This document shows positions 1-12,329 of a DNA stretch of 64,000 nucleotides, in pieces. Made by a program: the position numbers and the translations under genes. The DNA is from Octopus sinensis. Its lineage: Eukaryota. Positions within the stretch are counted from its first letter, which is position 1, and every line of letters starts with the position of its first letter. Location: positions 39,122,001 through 39,186,000 of the forward strand of contig NC_043014.1 of the NCBI RefSeq assembly GCF_006345805.1, read 5' to 3'. Below the pieces are notes generated by a model. That model was not told the origin of the DNA. It did not search any database and was given only the letters and a program-made list of their open reading frames with translations.

Positions 1-526
1 TTAAAGACAATTTAGTTGTCAGGGTTAATGAGAAATGACTTTTGAAACATGAATTTTCTGCTGTTTTATATTACCTTGATAAAATATGTAATGTGTATTC
101 GCCTAGCTGTCGCATGTAATGTGTTTACGCCTAGCTGTCGCTTATCTGTGTTTGAATTCTTGAAGATATAAATAAGCAAATACATAAATGGCGTGTGTAT
201 AAATAGATCACTTTCTGATATTGCGAGTCTGTATGTGTGACACATATTTTTAGGATTAAATATTTTTAGAAATGTATATTTTTTCTGCTCAAGCGTGTAG
301 ATACGATCAAATGAAATTTGTTTTCCTTTATGATAACATATAATCATTGGATTATTTTAATGAGGACATGGTGAGAGGGAGGACATGGTGGGATAGTTGC
401 ATAACCAAGGACTATTTCCACTTCACAGTTGTTTGGTCTTCCTTGGGGGAAGATACTGCAAAGATTTTGCATTAACTTTTTGTTTTAAAGAAAATAGTTA
501 AGAATTGGTATCGAAAAATTTAGTTT

Positions 527-946
527 GGATTTTTTCAGTTTGAACGGCAGTTTTTTCTAGCAGTGTCATATGAAATTATCACCCATAATTATGACCCCTG
601 TATCGATCTATTGCATTTCAATCTGTTTTAGGGTTAGGGTTAGGGGTGGGGGAAGGGTATCTTTTTTCTTCAGAAATGTAAATAAACCCAATCTGTTTCT
701 TAAACGAGGGACATATTCATACGGCACAGAATGTTTTTTTTTTTACCTCAATAGACGTCAGTGATTGGTTGAAATTGCAGAAATTGAAGAAAAAAAACAA
801 CAAATATCTTACAAACTATAAAATTTTCTCAATAAAGCCAAGAGAAAAAGATGCTTTATAAACACATTCTACCAGTATACGGAGTTAAAAGTGTTTAGTT
901 ACGTGGAAATTATTTTAAAAAACTGCCATTCAAACCGAAAAGATCC
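527..946. mobile_element. MITE with GGATC-type TIRs and internal TTAGGG repeats (Merlin-like, inferred)
   Basis: TIRs ggattttttcagtttgaacggcag...ctgccattcaaaccgaaaagatcc; perfect 8-bp TSD tttagttt (519-526, 947-954); related copies at 11313, 13461, 15842, 49509. Confidence 0.85.
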
Positions 947-1212
947 TTTAGTTTTCCTTCTGTTCTTCTGTCATAGAAATTACCATACAAAAGGAAAAGA
1001 AACTGATTGTAAATTTGTAATGTCAATTAGTAACTTAATGATGCATCGGACAAATGAGTTTGTTTTGTAATCTACTCAAACGTTGATCTACGAATTTGAT
1101 TACCAATTATATACAGTGATAGATTGCAACTCCTTATCTGCAAATATTTGCTGCAGGCCTAATAAATAATGGTTTCGAATTTCTGCATAGCGCTAGCAAT
1201 CTTAGGGTGCTC

Positions 1213-1537
1213 AACTGGTACTTATTTAATCGGCCCCGAAAGGATGAAAGGCAAAGTCGACCTCAGCCGAATTTGAACTCAGAACGTAGCGGCAGACGAA
1301 ATACCTATTTCTTTACTACCCACAAGGGGCTAAACACAGAGCGGACAAACAAGGACAGACAAACGGATTAAGTCGATTATATCGAACCCAGTGTATAACT
1401 GGTACTTAATTTATCGACCCCGAAAGGATGAAAGGCAAAGTCGACCTCGATGGAATTTGAACTCAGAACATAACGGCAGACGAAATAGTGCTAAGCATTT
1501 CGCCCGGCGTATTAACATTTCTGCCAGCTCACCACCT
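1213..1537 (-). mobile_element. SINE family A (tRNA-like head, tandemly repeated body)
   Basis: Reverse complement of the family A sequence delimited by a TSD at 46326-46560. Confidence 0.85.
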
Positions 1538-1668
1538 TTGGGTCTAACAAATAATGAATATACAAAAAAAGCCCAGTTTTCATGTTTTATTTGTTAGCTT
1601 TTTTTATTTTGATTTTGATTTTCGAATTATAGTTTCACGATTCATAGTAATGCAAAACTGGCCCTGAC

Positions 1669-1822
1669 TGTGTCGGCAGATATTTAAAAGACATATTTCT
1701 GCAAACATTTGAAAGATATAAAGTGCCGGTAGATATTTAAAAGATATATTAGTATTAATGTGTTGGCAAAAAAGTTAAAAGATAAATGTGTTGGCAGGTG
1801 GCAACAGATATTTAAAGATAAC
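1669..1822. repeat. Degenerate ~28-bp tandem repeat
   Basis: About 4-5 diverged units of tgtg(t/c)(c/t)ggcagatatttaaaagat. Confidence 0.5.
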
Positions 1823-1876
1823 GTATACGTCGGAAGTTTAATGGTGGGTTCTGTTTAATTTCATTTTAGTTTAATA

Positions 1877-1933
1877 ATGAAACGTCTGTCAGAGACAGCT
1901 GAGAAAAGTTTAATGTGGATATGGGTAAAAAGG
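1877..1933 (+). mobile_element. Possible HERO-clade non-LTR retrotransposon C-terminal remnant
   Basis: MKRLSETAEKSLMWIWVKR resembles the AEKxSxWIWxKR end motif of HERO ORFs (recalled); short match. Confidence 0.35.
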
Positions 1934-2224
1934 ATTGATAGAACTGCAAAGGAATACAGCAAGCCACTAAACATACGAGGAAAGAAACAGTTTGAAGCTG
2001 TGCATGTAGATGCTGTGGTCTTTGTGACTGAGCAATAAACTCACCCAAATGTTCAGAGTTCAATCCCCACTAAAGGTGGCATTTAAAAACCACAGGACAC
2101 CTAGGAATCACTACCTTGCTGGGTTCAGCTCCCTTAGAATGTCAGGAACTAACGGACCAAAACATTTGTTTGACAGGAGCCTTTCCTCTGAAGATTTCTC
2201 CTGCTGTCCGCTCGCTCTGTCCAC

Positions 2225-2742
2225 GGATCTTTACCTTTTGACCGACAGATTTAAAAAATAATTTTTTGTAACTTAACACTTTCAAACTTCGTATACTGGT
2301 AGAATGTGTCATCTTTTACTCTTAGCGTTTTTGAGATAAACTTATATTTACGAAGTAATTTCACGTTAAAGTAGTCCTATTTCGGTAATTTCAACCAATC
2401 AATGACGTGTGTCCAGCTGAATAAAATTACTGCCGTTGTTTGTCAACAACAACTATTGGCGGTGTATTTTTCGTTTGTCACTGTTATTTATTACATCGTT
2501 CGTGTGTTTGTACTTGTTTTAGGGTTAGGGTTAGGGTTTTAGGGTTATGGTTGTCATAAATAACAGATACAAATGAAAAATACACCACTGGAAGTTCTTG
2601 TAATTTTATTTAGCTGAATACACGTCATTGATTGGTTGAAATTTCTGAAATACAACTACTTTAACATGAAATTACTTTGTAAATATAAGTTTTTCTCAAC
2701 AATGCTAAGAGTAAAAGATATTTTATATGACACTTTCTACCA
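2225..2742. mobile_element. Foldback MITE related to the GGATC family, with long internal inverted repeats and central TTAGGG
   Basis: Starts ggatctttacc; ~140-bp imperfect inverted arms (gtagaatgtgtcat...aataaaattac / gtaattttatt...gacactttctacca); ttagggttagggttaggg near 2520; right terminus missing. Confidence 0.75.
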
Positions 2743-3198
2743 CTTTGTTGAAAGCATTAGGACCAGGTCTCCAATTTGAGGATACTTTCCCTTCTTCTTC
2801 CCACCAGTTTTGGAAGCGCTGAAAAGGGCTGCGAGCACTGCTCATTATCCTGACTAAACAATAAAAAGATTAAAAGCAGTAACACCACTTTCTCTATAAT
2901 TCGTACTTTCAGAAGAAGAACAAAGGACTGAAATGTCAGCTGTTTCACTTTTTACAGAAAATAAACACATTATAATCATACAGTAAATTTCCCTCATTCG
3001 ACTAACATTCTCGCCATCTTCTTTTTAACTATATTCATTTCGGCTTTCTGCATTCTGGGTTCAAATCCTACCAATGTCAACTTTATCTTTCATCCTTTCG
3101 GGGTCAATAAATAAAATACCAGTTCAGTACTAGGTTCAATGGTTCTTCTCTCCTTAGCTCTTTCATTCTTTTTATTCTTTCTCGGAGAAATCTCCCAG

Positions 3199-3290
3199 GG
3201 AGGGACAAGCTCCGACAAATATAAATGCCCAAGACACAGTGCATGTCGCAATGACATCCCTGCTACTTCATCGAGAATTGAAAGCCCACA
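3199..3290 (+). CDS. Candidate exon E1 of zinc-finger gene (GGTSSDKYKCPRHSACRNDIPATSSRIESP)
   Basis: ctcccag acceptor after pyrimidine tract, gtaagg donor, phase 0 to 2, matches E2. Confidence 0.45.
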
Positions 3291-4304
3291 GTAAGGCAAG
3301 GCATATTATATCCGAGATGTGATACACATTCATTTTTAACCTGGTATACAGAAATTTAAAGATTTGGCTATTAAATTTAGCAAAACATGCAACTGCACAG
3401 AGTTTTTTTTTAATCAGAAACACCTCGATATATGCAAAATGGATCTTTTTAGTTATAACTCCATAACTCATCATGGCCTGTAATACCATGGTTTCAAAGG
3501 GTACATTTGTTCGGTTGGGCCTGAGAATATCTCATGGGTCCCTCTCTATAAAAAAGAATTTAAAAAAAAGAAAAAAAACCTCACAGCCAAACCCCGCCCC
3601 GTGTTTCGAAAGGATCCATCTATCTCCTTTAAATGGGCCTTGAAAGCAGTCACGCTCTGCTTTGAAGAAGTGCCTGTATACCATTTCAAATGAAAAATGT
3701 CAATTTGACAACCTAGTTTTCTATATCTCTGATTTATCTTCTCAAAAATCTGACTGATTAAATTGTATGTAATATGATGACTTCGGGTTGATATATGGCA
3801 ATGAGTAAAAAATAAATAAATAAATGAAAATAAGAAAGAAAGAAAGAAGCTTGGTTATTTGAAGCAAAAGTACATCGGTTATTTAGCTTATCGTGTTCTG
3901 AAAGCTTATCAGCTGTGAAAAGTTCATTTTTGTTATATGTGAATGCCTGGATATACCTTTGTGCATGTGTGTGTATGTGTGTGTGAAAGAGAGAGAGACA
4001 GACAGACAGAAAGAGAAAGACCCAGAGAGAATGTGTATGTATGTATCTGCAAAGTGCTTGAAAAATGTGAAACCCTAGAATATTTCGCGGGTAATTGAAT
4101 CAGAAGGACCCGGTATCTATAGCAGAAATGAATGTAGGTGAAGTTATAAATAGGCCTTAATGTTGGTGGTGAGCATCCCGCAGAACGATAGATATGTTTC
4201 AATGCTTAGATATGTTTGATATGCTTTGATATGCTTCAGTGTTAAGATAAACGTGTAAGTTTGATTCCTGACTACCTCTCTTCCTTATACATTTTTTTTT
4301 TACA

Positions 4305-4895
4305 TAGTATGGCTGTGTGGTAAGAAGTAAGCTTCTTACCACACAGCCATACTAACGTTAGCACGCCGGGCGAAATGCTTAGCGGTATTTCGTCTGCCAT
4401 TACGTTCTGAGTTCAAATTCTGCCGAGGTTGATTTTACCTTTCATCCTTTCAGGGTTGATAAATTAAGTACCAGTTACGCACTGGAATTGATGTAATCAA
4501 CTTAATACCTATGTCTGTCCTTGTTTGTCTCCTCTATGTTTAGCCCCTTGTGGGTAATAAAGAAATAGGTATTTCGTCTGCCGTTACATTCTGAGTTCAA
4601 AATCCGCCAAAGATGACTTTGCCTTTCATCCTTTCAGGGTCGATAAATTAAGTACCAGTTACTTACTGGGGTCGATGTAATCGACTTAATCCTTTTGTTT
4701 GTCCTTGTTTGCCCCCTCTATGTTTAGCCCCTTGTGGGCCATAAAGAAATAAGAAGCTTGCTTCCAAACCACATGGTTCCAAGTTCAGTCCCACTGTGAG
4801 ACACCTTGGGCAAGTGTCTTCTACTATACCTTCTGGCCAACTAAAGCCTTGTGAGTTGATTTGGTAGACAGAAACTGAGAGAAGTCCATTGTATA
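4305..4895 (+). mobile_element. SINE family B 5' part, interrupted by a family A SINE
   Basis: Head tggctgtgtggtaagaag resumes as cttgcttccaaaccacatgg after the insert; taagaag repeated either side. Confidence 0.75.
4355..4750 (+). mobile_element. 5'-truncated SINE family A (dimeric body), nested
   Basis: acgttagcacgccgggcgaaatgc...ataaagaaat with two body units. Confidence 0.85.
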
Positions 4896-5126
4896 TATTG
4901 GTCCTATTGTGTTAAACTGTCGTATGTCCAAATTTGGCCAAATGCATTCTTTTTGTTTTTTTTAGTATTTTTTTTGCTTGCAATCACTGGTTCTTTTGGT
5001 CAAACTATCGTGTCTGCTTCAGATGCCAAGATATCAAAAATTGTCAAAGTATAGTACAACGGTTTTGCTTTGGAATGGTGAACCTACTTTTTTTGTTTTC
5101 TGAAAAAGCAACATTTTGGACTTACG

Positions 5127-5289
5127 ATCATCATCATCATCATCATCGTCGTTTAACGTCCGTTCTCCATGCTAGCATGGGTTGGACGGTTCGACCGGGG
5201 TTCTGGGAAGCCAGAAGGCTGCACCAGGCTCCAGTCTAATTTGGCAATGTTTCTACAGCTGGATGCCCTTCTTGCATAATAGCAACTCT
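5127..5289 (-). mobile_element. Retroposon family D 3' fragment with (GAT)n tail
   Basis: (cat)n cgtttaacgtccgttctccatgctagcatgggttggacgg, shared with 35905, 42368, 54838. Confidence 0.75.
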
Positions 5290-5304
5290 GTGTGTGTATG
5301 TACG

Positions 5305-5392
<88 letters not shown>

Positions 5393-5640
5393 ATATATAC
5401 ATACGTATATGTGTGTGTGTGCGTGTGTGTTTGTCCCCACCCCTGTCATCGCTTGACAACCAATGCTGGTATGTTTATGTTCCCATAACATTAGCAGTTC
5501 GGCAAAGGAAACCGATAGAATAAGTACTAGGCTTACAAAGAATAAATCCTGGGGTTGATTTCTTTGATCATTAACCTTTAATGCAGTGCTCCAGCATGGC
5601 TTCAGTCAAATGACTAAAACAAGTAAAAGAATAAAAGTAT
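5290..5640 (+). mobile_element. (TA)n/(TG)n tract plus 3' half of SINE family B
   Basis: tttgtccccacc...cagtcaaatgactaaaacaagtaaaagaataa. Confidence 0.7.
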
Positions 5641-6362
5641 ATATGCAAATATCATAAAGGACTGTCTATATGGCCTGACCTGCTAGAAATAGCAACGAAA
5701 TCTTCCTCCCATCTTAGAAAATAGAAACAAAGACACAATGGATAATATAGTATGTTGCATGGGAAAAAAAGACTGAATGGTCATGAGTGGAGAGTCTTTC
5801 ATTATAAGCCTGCTTGAGCATGTGATTTCACATAGGATTAAAGAATAAAAATATAAGAAAATGGTAAGGCAGTAAGGTACAGTATCTTAGTTTCATCTCT
5901 ATTGATTCTGAGTTCTAATCCTGCCAGGAATAGGGAATTCGTAATGATTTCTTTCTGCAGCACAAATCGATTAATACTGCACTTGATTAATACTTATTTT
6001 ATCAACTCTCAGAATGAGAAAATGTGCCAAGATAAACAGAACAGTGGCACTGTATAAGAGAATGGGCTATAGCTGATGAGATTGACCTCTGTCTGTGGCT
6101 ATCTGAACATCACTATAACCATCACTCGAAGAAAAGCAATACACTGGAGCCGTTACATTCTCAAACACAGCATACATAGATAAGAATTGGAATTTAAATC
6201 CATAAGGTCCCAGGGCAATTACTTTGAGTACCCATGCCTGAAGACAGTAGTACCCCTGCCTACCTTTCCTCTGCTTGATTTGTACCTACTTTATCAACAC
6301 AGGAGGGATGAAAGGTGAAGTCATCTACAGAACATAAACTTATGAAAATACCATAACACATA

Positions 6363-6766
6363 TACCATACTTTAACATGTATAAGGAACCCTTTTTTTGT
6401 CAAAAATTAGGTTACAAAAATATGGGATTTTCTTATACATGGATAGTATTATAATTCCTTACAAAACCTTTTCTCCAAATTTTCTATATTTTAACATGTA
6501 TAAGGAACCCTTTTTTGTCAAAAATTAGGTTAAAAAAATATGGGAGTTTCTTATACATGCATAGTATTATAATCACTTACTAGACCTTTTTTCCAAATTT
6601 TCTGTATTTTAACATGTATAAGGAACCCTTTTTAGTCAAAAATTAGGTTACAAAAATATAGGATTTTCTTACACATGGATAGTATTATAATTCCTTACAA
6701 AACCTTTTTTTCTAAATTTTAAGCCCCAAAAATTAGGGGGTTCCTTATACAAGTTAGAATACAGTA
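6363..6766. mobile_element. Tc2/mariner-like MITE with its left arm triplicated (~119-bp units)
   Basis: TIRs taccatactttaacatgtataaggaaccc / ggggttccttatacaagttagaatacagta; units start near 6370, 6490, 6608. Confidence 0.7.
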
Positions 6767-7376
6767 CTTTTCATTCTGACCCTTCCTTTGTTTTTTGACA
6801 AACTGAAAATTACTAATATCCTCGACTGACATATTCTCCACTTCTATAGTCTCTGATTTCTATCTTTTCAGTGATGAAATATTTAGCTTATGGAATCCTT
6901 ATTCAATATCATAATCCACATGCTTTTATATTCTAGAAATAACTGTGAGAGACTCTATTTGTTTGTACTCTCTATTTAAATTAAATGTTTTTCAAGTGAT
7001 GCCAAATGTTTTGTTTTTCCATTTTCTATTTTAATCCACATACCATCACTATATCTATTGTTCTTCCAAGCCTGCCATTTTTCACCACCCTCACAAAACT
7101 ACATCAAGGTTAACGGACTGCAAAGTTTCCTGAATAGTAGATTGCTTGATGGAAATAGTTTTACGAGAATTATTTTCGTCTCTTATCTCCTGAGTTTAAA
7201 TCCTTACATTCACTTATCTGGGGTTTGATAAAATGAACACCAGTTGTACACTAGCTTATCTTGTTTTTCTCCAACATGTTGAGTCATATGGTCTGGGATG
7301 ACCTGAAATGATCTGGGACTTGGTTCTTGATTTCATAGCGTTACCAACCCGGCTCTGGCTCTGTAGTATAAATGTC

Positions 7377-7547
7377 TTGTTTTCATTAGTTTTTCATTAA
7401 AATATACCAGCAAACTTTAGTTGCAATTTATGTTCCTAATACTAGCTTAATGATAACTAAGTAATCTTACTAAATTCTTTGTTATATTTAAAATAATTTA
7501 AAGAAACACAGAGCATCTCAAAATAAATACAGTAACAAAAGGGTTAA
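7377..7547. mobile_element. piggyBac-like MITE end
   Basis: Ends aaaagggttaa; reverse complement of 29765-29935. Confidence 0.6.
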
Positions 7548-7800
7548 GTAGATTTGAGATAAATCTCACTGGACTATTGCAAGTGTGTGTAAAAAAATAA
7601 AGCTTTGCCATCACTCACTAGTTGCCTGTATCATACTCTTTTGGTAATTGTTTTAAGAGTTTATTTAGTTGTAAGCAGATGTAGACATCCTCTCAACCTT
7701 CCCATTTTTCACCCAATGAAACATTGAAGAAATGACAGGATATGCTGCACCAACACTTTCTTCTTCCAGCACAGTTGGTATTCATTCTCAGTCAAGTTGT

Positions 7801-8092
7801 TTGTTCCTTCTCAAGCCATGCCTGGCTCATTAGGGCCAGTTTCCTGGTTTCTTGGTGTATAGGTTCCCCACCTGGACGGTCCGTCGAAGGTGAGCTGCAA
7901 GATGCAGGAGGAAAGAGTGAGAGAAAGTTGTGGCGAAAGAGTCAGCAGAAGTTTCGCCATTACCTTCTGCCGGAGCCGCGTGTAGCTTAGGTGTTTCACT
8001 CATAAACACACACATCGTCCAGTCTGAGATTCGAACCCGCGATCCCACGACCGCGAGTCCGCTGCTCTAACCACTAGGCCATGTGCCTCCAC
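7801..8092 (-). mobile_element. SINE family C (tRNA-derived)
   Basis: Reverse complement has A box TGGCCTAGTGG and B box GGTTCGAATC; matches 50559. Confidence 0.85.
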
Positions 8093-8329
8093 AGTCAAGT
8101 TGACAGTAGCAACATGAAATGGTGTGCCTCGTGCAGGGACACAATGGGCTGCTTGATCCAGGAATCAAATCCTCAATCTCATGATAGTGAACGCAACACT
8201 CTAGTCAATAGGGCATGTATTTTCACACACATGGTGTGTGTGTGTGTGTGTGACTTTGTTGACAGTGACTCCCATGTTTAGTCATTAGTGGTTTATTCAA
8301 AAACCATTTTCTTACACACTAGCATCTTC

Positions 8330-8440
8330 ATCATTACCACCACCACCACCACTACCATCACCACCACCACCACTACCATCACCCTTACCACCATCTCCTC
8401 CACCACCACCATAATCATCATCATCATCATCATCATCACC

Positions 8441-8474
<34 letters not shown>

Positions 8475-8500
8475 TCACTACCACCATCATCACTACCATT
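8330..8500. repeat. (CAC/CAT)n trinucleotide tract
   Basis: Direct reading. Confidence 0.9.
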
Positions 8501-8597
8501 GTCATACGTCTGCTGTCCATGCCGTCATGTATAACACGTAAGTAACCACCAGTTACCAGATTCTGACAAATGGTTGTTCTGTTCTTCGTCATTCCAG

Positions 8598-8845
8598 GGA
8601 AGCAGACCGAGACAGCTGTTCAAGAGAAGATGACTCAGGAAGCAACAACGATACTTTCTCTAATTCTAAACCAACTTACACCAATGGATATTCCACTGAA
8701 TTTCCTAAATTCTTCGAAACATTTGAATCCATTATTAATAAGAACATGAAGTATATGCATAAACACTTCTTCAATGCTGATTCTGCACAGAACAACTTAC
8801 ATTCTGACTATTTTCCATCATCTTCGAGTAGTTTTGCTGAAGAGC
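8598..8845 (+). CDS. Exon E2 of zinc-finger gene (EADRDSCSREDD...DYFPSSSSSFAEE), S/N/D-rich
   Basis: attccag acceptor, gtaagt donor, 248 nt open in unique AT-rich sequence, phase 2 to 1. Confidence 0.7.
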
Positions 8846-8951
8846 GTAAGTTACCAATTCTTCATTTTTTTTACTTTTTGTCTTTTACTTGTTTCAGTCA
8901 TTGGGTCATGGCCATGCTGGTGCACTGCCTTGGAAAGTACAGTTAAACAAA

Positions 8952-9669
8952 TTGCCATATTCTGAACCCTTTGCTTCCCTGGGCATGGACACATTGAAAC
9001 TCCGACGTCTGACAGCTGACACCCATAAAATTATTAACCATCATACAAACAATAACTCTGAGCACCTTTTCAAACTCCGCCCGTCTAACACCCGTGGACT
9101 TATTTACAAAGTCAGAAAACAGCACAGCTCCCATGACTTTAGGAAACATTTTTTCATGCTGAGAGTTGCTGAAGCATGGAACAAACTGCCGGCATCAGTT
9201 GTTAGTTGTCGGAGCACTGCATCCTTCAAAACTTCCATGCTTCCTTGCCCATAAAATTATCAACCATCGTACAAACAATAACTCTGAGCACCTTTTCAAA
9301 CTCCACCCGTCTAACACCCGTGGACATATTTACAAAGTCAGAAAACAGCACAGCTCCCATGACTTTAGGAAACATTTTTTCACGCTGAGAGTTGCTGAAG
9401 CATGGAACAAACTGCCGGCATCAGTTGTTAGTTGTCGGAGCACTGCATCCTTCAAAACTTCCATGCTTCCTAAGATTCGCCAACACTACACCTGATTTTC
9501 TCCCCTTCATACACACACAAGCATGTGTCTGACTTATACACTGTTCACTTTCCAGACATTTGTACATTACTGCATATGCTTTATAATGCTTTATACGCAC
9601 TTTTAACAAGTTGTAGAGCACCTGAGCAATGTATACAATAATTTCATTATTATTATTATTATTATTATT
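8952..9669 (+). mobile_element. CR1-clade LINE 3' fragment with internal tandem duplication and (ATT)n tail
   Basis: RT C-terminal motif TRGHIYKVRK...RKHFFTLRVAEAWNKLP present twice. Confidence 0.85.
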
Positions 9670-9942
9670 CAGTAGTTTTATTTTTTATAGCGTGCTTTCA
9701 CTTCACTACCGAGTACAGCTCTGTGTGCCTTGGGTATGTGCTGTGCTTTGTTGTGATGCTTTCTGAGATTCGCCAACACTACACCTGATTTTCTCCCCTC
9801 CATACACACACAAGCATGTATCTGACTCATACATTGTTCGCTTTCCAGACATTTGTACATTACTGCATATACTTTATACGCACTTTCTGACAAGTTGTGG
9901 TGCACCTGAGCACTGTATACAATAATTTCATTATTATTATTA
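9670..9942 (+). mobile_element. CR1 3' tail fused to an unrelated ~100-bp head
   Basis: Tail from ctgagattcgccaacac to tgtatacaataatttcattatt; 9670-9765 does not match the other CR1 copies. Confidence 0.6.
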
Positions 9943-9999
9943 TAAATGAACCCTAGTATTTGTTTTTTAACGTTTGGTGCTTATTCAAGAAGAACAACA

Positions 10000-10395
10000 A
10001 ATTTCCTGTGAGCGATGAAAAGTGACTGTAGATTTACCAGGGTGCCAGGGACTTTTTCCCATCCCAGTTATGAATAAACCGGACATTTTAATGTGTTGTG
10101 AAAGAAAGAAAGTGAATCTGGTTGAGTTAACAGTTCCTCATAAAGATAACATGGACGCCGTTCAGGCTCGAAAGATTAACTGTTATGTAAACCTCCTCAA
10201 GGAATGTGAAGATGCAGGCTGGAAAGCGGAGCATTTTCCAATCAAAGTTGGATGTAGAGGGTTTGTTAGATACAGTGTGAGACAACTGTTGTTATCGTTA
10301 GGCCTAACTCATCGTAAAGTCAATACCACCATGATCGATATCCAAACTACAGTGGAAAAGAGTAGCCACTAGATTTGAGACGATGAGCGATGGCT
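10000..10395 (+). mobile_element. HERO-clade non-LTR retrotransposon remnant (restriction-like endonuclease domain)
   Basis: KPDILM..VNLVELTVPHKDNM..ARK..Y..L..EC...GW...PIKVGCRGF motif; terminal W-I-W codons decayed to TAG/TGA. Confidence 0.8.
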
Positions 10396-10410
10396 AGAAG
10401 AATGTATGTT

Positions 10411-10658
10411 GTGTTCTTGAGCAAGTCACTTTATTTCACGTTGCTCCAGTTCACTCAGCTGTAGAAATGAGTTGCAACATCACTGGTGCCAAACTGTATT
10501 GGCCTTTTCCTTTCCCTTGGATAACACTGGTGGCATGGAGAGGAGAGGTGAGGCTGGTATGCGTGGGTGACTGCTGGTCTTCTAGAAACATCCTTGCCCA
10601 GACTTGTGCCTTGCAGGGGAACTTTCTAGGAGAATCCTATGGTCATTCTTGACCGAAG
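10411..10658 (+). mobile_element. Headless body of an older SINE
   Basis: gtgttcttgagcaagtcactttatttcac..ccagttcactcagctgtagaaatgagt, similar to 54450-54710. Confidence 0.5.
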
Positions 10659-10681
10659 AGGGTCTTTTTAATGTGCTTACT

Positions 10682-10779
10682 TGTGTGTGTATGTGTGTGT
10701 GTGTATATATATATATATATGTATTTATATATATATATATATGTATGTATGTATATGTATTTATATATATATATGTATG

Positions 10780-10836
<57 letters not shown>

Positions 10837-10875
10837 GGATAGATGGATGGATGGATAGATAGATAGATAGATAGA
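10682..10875. repeat. Compound (TG)/(TA)/(GATA) microsatellite
   Basis: Direct reading. Confidence 0.9.
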
Positions 10876-11312
10876 TAATGTTTTTAACATCTACTTTTCA
10901 ATGTAGTCAGCTGAGACTACATAGGGGCAAACCATTCTACAGCCTGGTTCCCCCTCCTGACACTAACCCTCACTTGTTTCCAAGCAAAGTAATTATAATC
11001 CACCAGTCTATCAGACAATGAACAGCCTGGACATGATTTCATGGAGAACTACAAACAAACTACACCTGTTGTATAAACAGTGAGGGTTTGTTTACAATTA
11101 GCATGTAATGTGTTAAGAAGCCTGGTCATGCTTCCACAGTGGCCTGCAAACATACAACACCATCTGAATGAATAGTTAGGCATTTGTTTACATTCAGTGC
11201 ATAGATATGTCAAAACAAGGGAAAATACAAACTCATTCACACACACCTATACAAACATACACACACACACACATATCAGTTATGCACATTTAGAAAGTTT
11301 GTTAGAAAAATT

Positions 11313-11919
11313 GGATCTTTTTGGTTTGAACGGCAGTTTTTAACATAATTTCTAGGTAACTAAAAAATGTTGAACTTCGTATACTGGTAGAATGTGTTTA
11401 TAAAACATCCTTTTCTCTTGGTTTTATTGAGAAAATTCTATTGTTCGTACGATATTTATTGTTTTTTTTCTGCAATTTCAACCAATCACTGACGTCTATT
11501 GAGGTAAAAAACATTCTGTGCCGTATGAATATGTCCCTCTTTTAAGAAACAGATTGGGTTTATTTACATTTGTGAAGAAAAAAAGATACCCTTCCCCCAC
11601 CCCTAACCCTAAAACAAATTGAAATGCAATAGATCAGTGGTTCCCAAACTATGAGTTGCGACCCACAGATGGGTCGCGAAAGGAATCTTAGTGGGTCGCA
11701 AAAAGTTATAAAATTACGCATTAGCTTTGATTAACTGCTGTCTATCGAGATAGTTCAGTAGAGTTAAGTGGCTCGTCATAAACTGGTGTGATAAATAGTG
11801 GGTCGCGACTCTAAAAAGTTTGGGAACCATTGCAATAGATCGATACTAGGGTCATAATTATGGGTGACAATTTCATATGACACCGCTAGAAAAAACTGCC
11901 GTTCAAACCGAAAAGATCC
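11313..11919. mobile_element. GGATC-TIR MITE (Merlin-like) carrying a nested hAT MITE
   Basis: Both TIRs present; ccctaaccctaa internal; no matching TSD seen for this copy. Confidence 0.8.
11635..11832. mobile_element. hAT (Charlie-like) MITE, nested
   Basis: TIRs cagtggttcccaaac / gtttgggaaccattg; perfect 8-bp TSD caatagat. Confidence 0.9.
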
Positions 11920-12329
11920 AGATGTGCTACTACGACAAAGAGCCTGAGAGTTGAGAATGCGTCTATGTTTGCTTGTGACTATATAGACATATAAAACAAT
12001 AAGTGAAAGCATGGTACATATTTATCAAGCCATATTCGTTCTCAGGTGATGGCTGACTCTTAGTTGCGGCATAACAACGTAGTGTGTGTGAGTTGTTATG
12101 ATTGTTAGGCAAATCTCATTGTTATATAATTCTTTATCAGGAATAGACATTGCAATGATTGTTGGTCGTAAACAAAGCAGTAAAATATATGAAGGATATT
12201 ATTTACATTTGAAAATAAAGCAAAGATACCGGCGGTGATGACTGCTACGCACACACGTGAGTGCGTATGTACATAAGTACGTATGTATTTATGTATTTTG
12301 TTTTTCTGTCCTCTCACTGAACACTTACT

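Noticed and set aside
3592-3601. GC-box (ccccgcccc) as a promoter
   Set aside because: Single short motif with no CpG island or supporting start site; likely chance.
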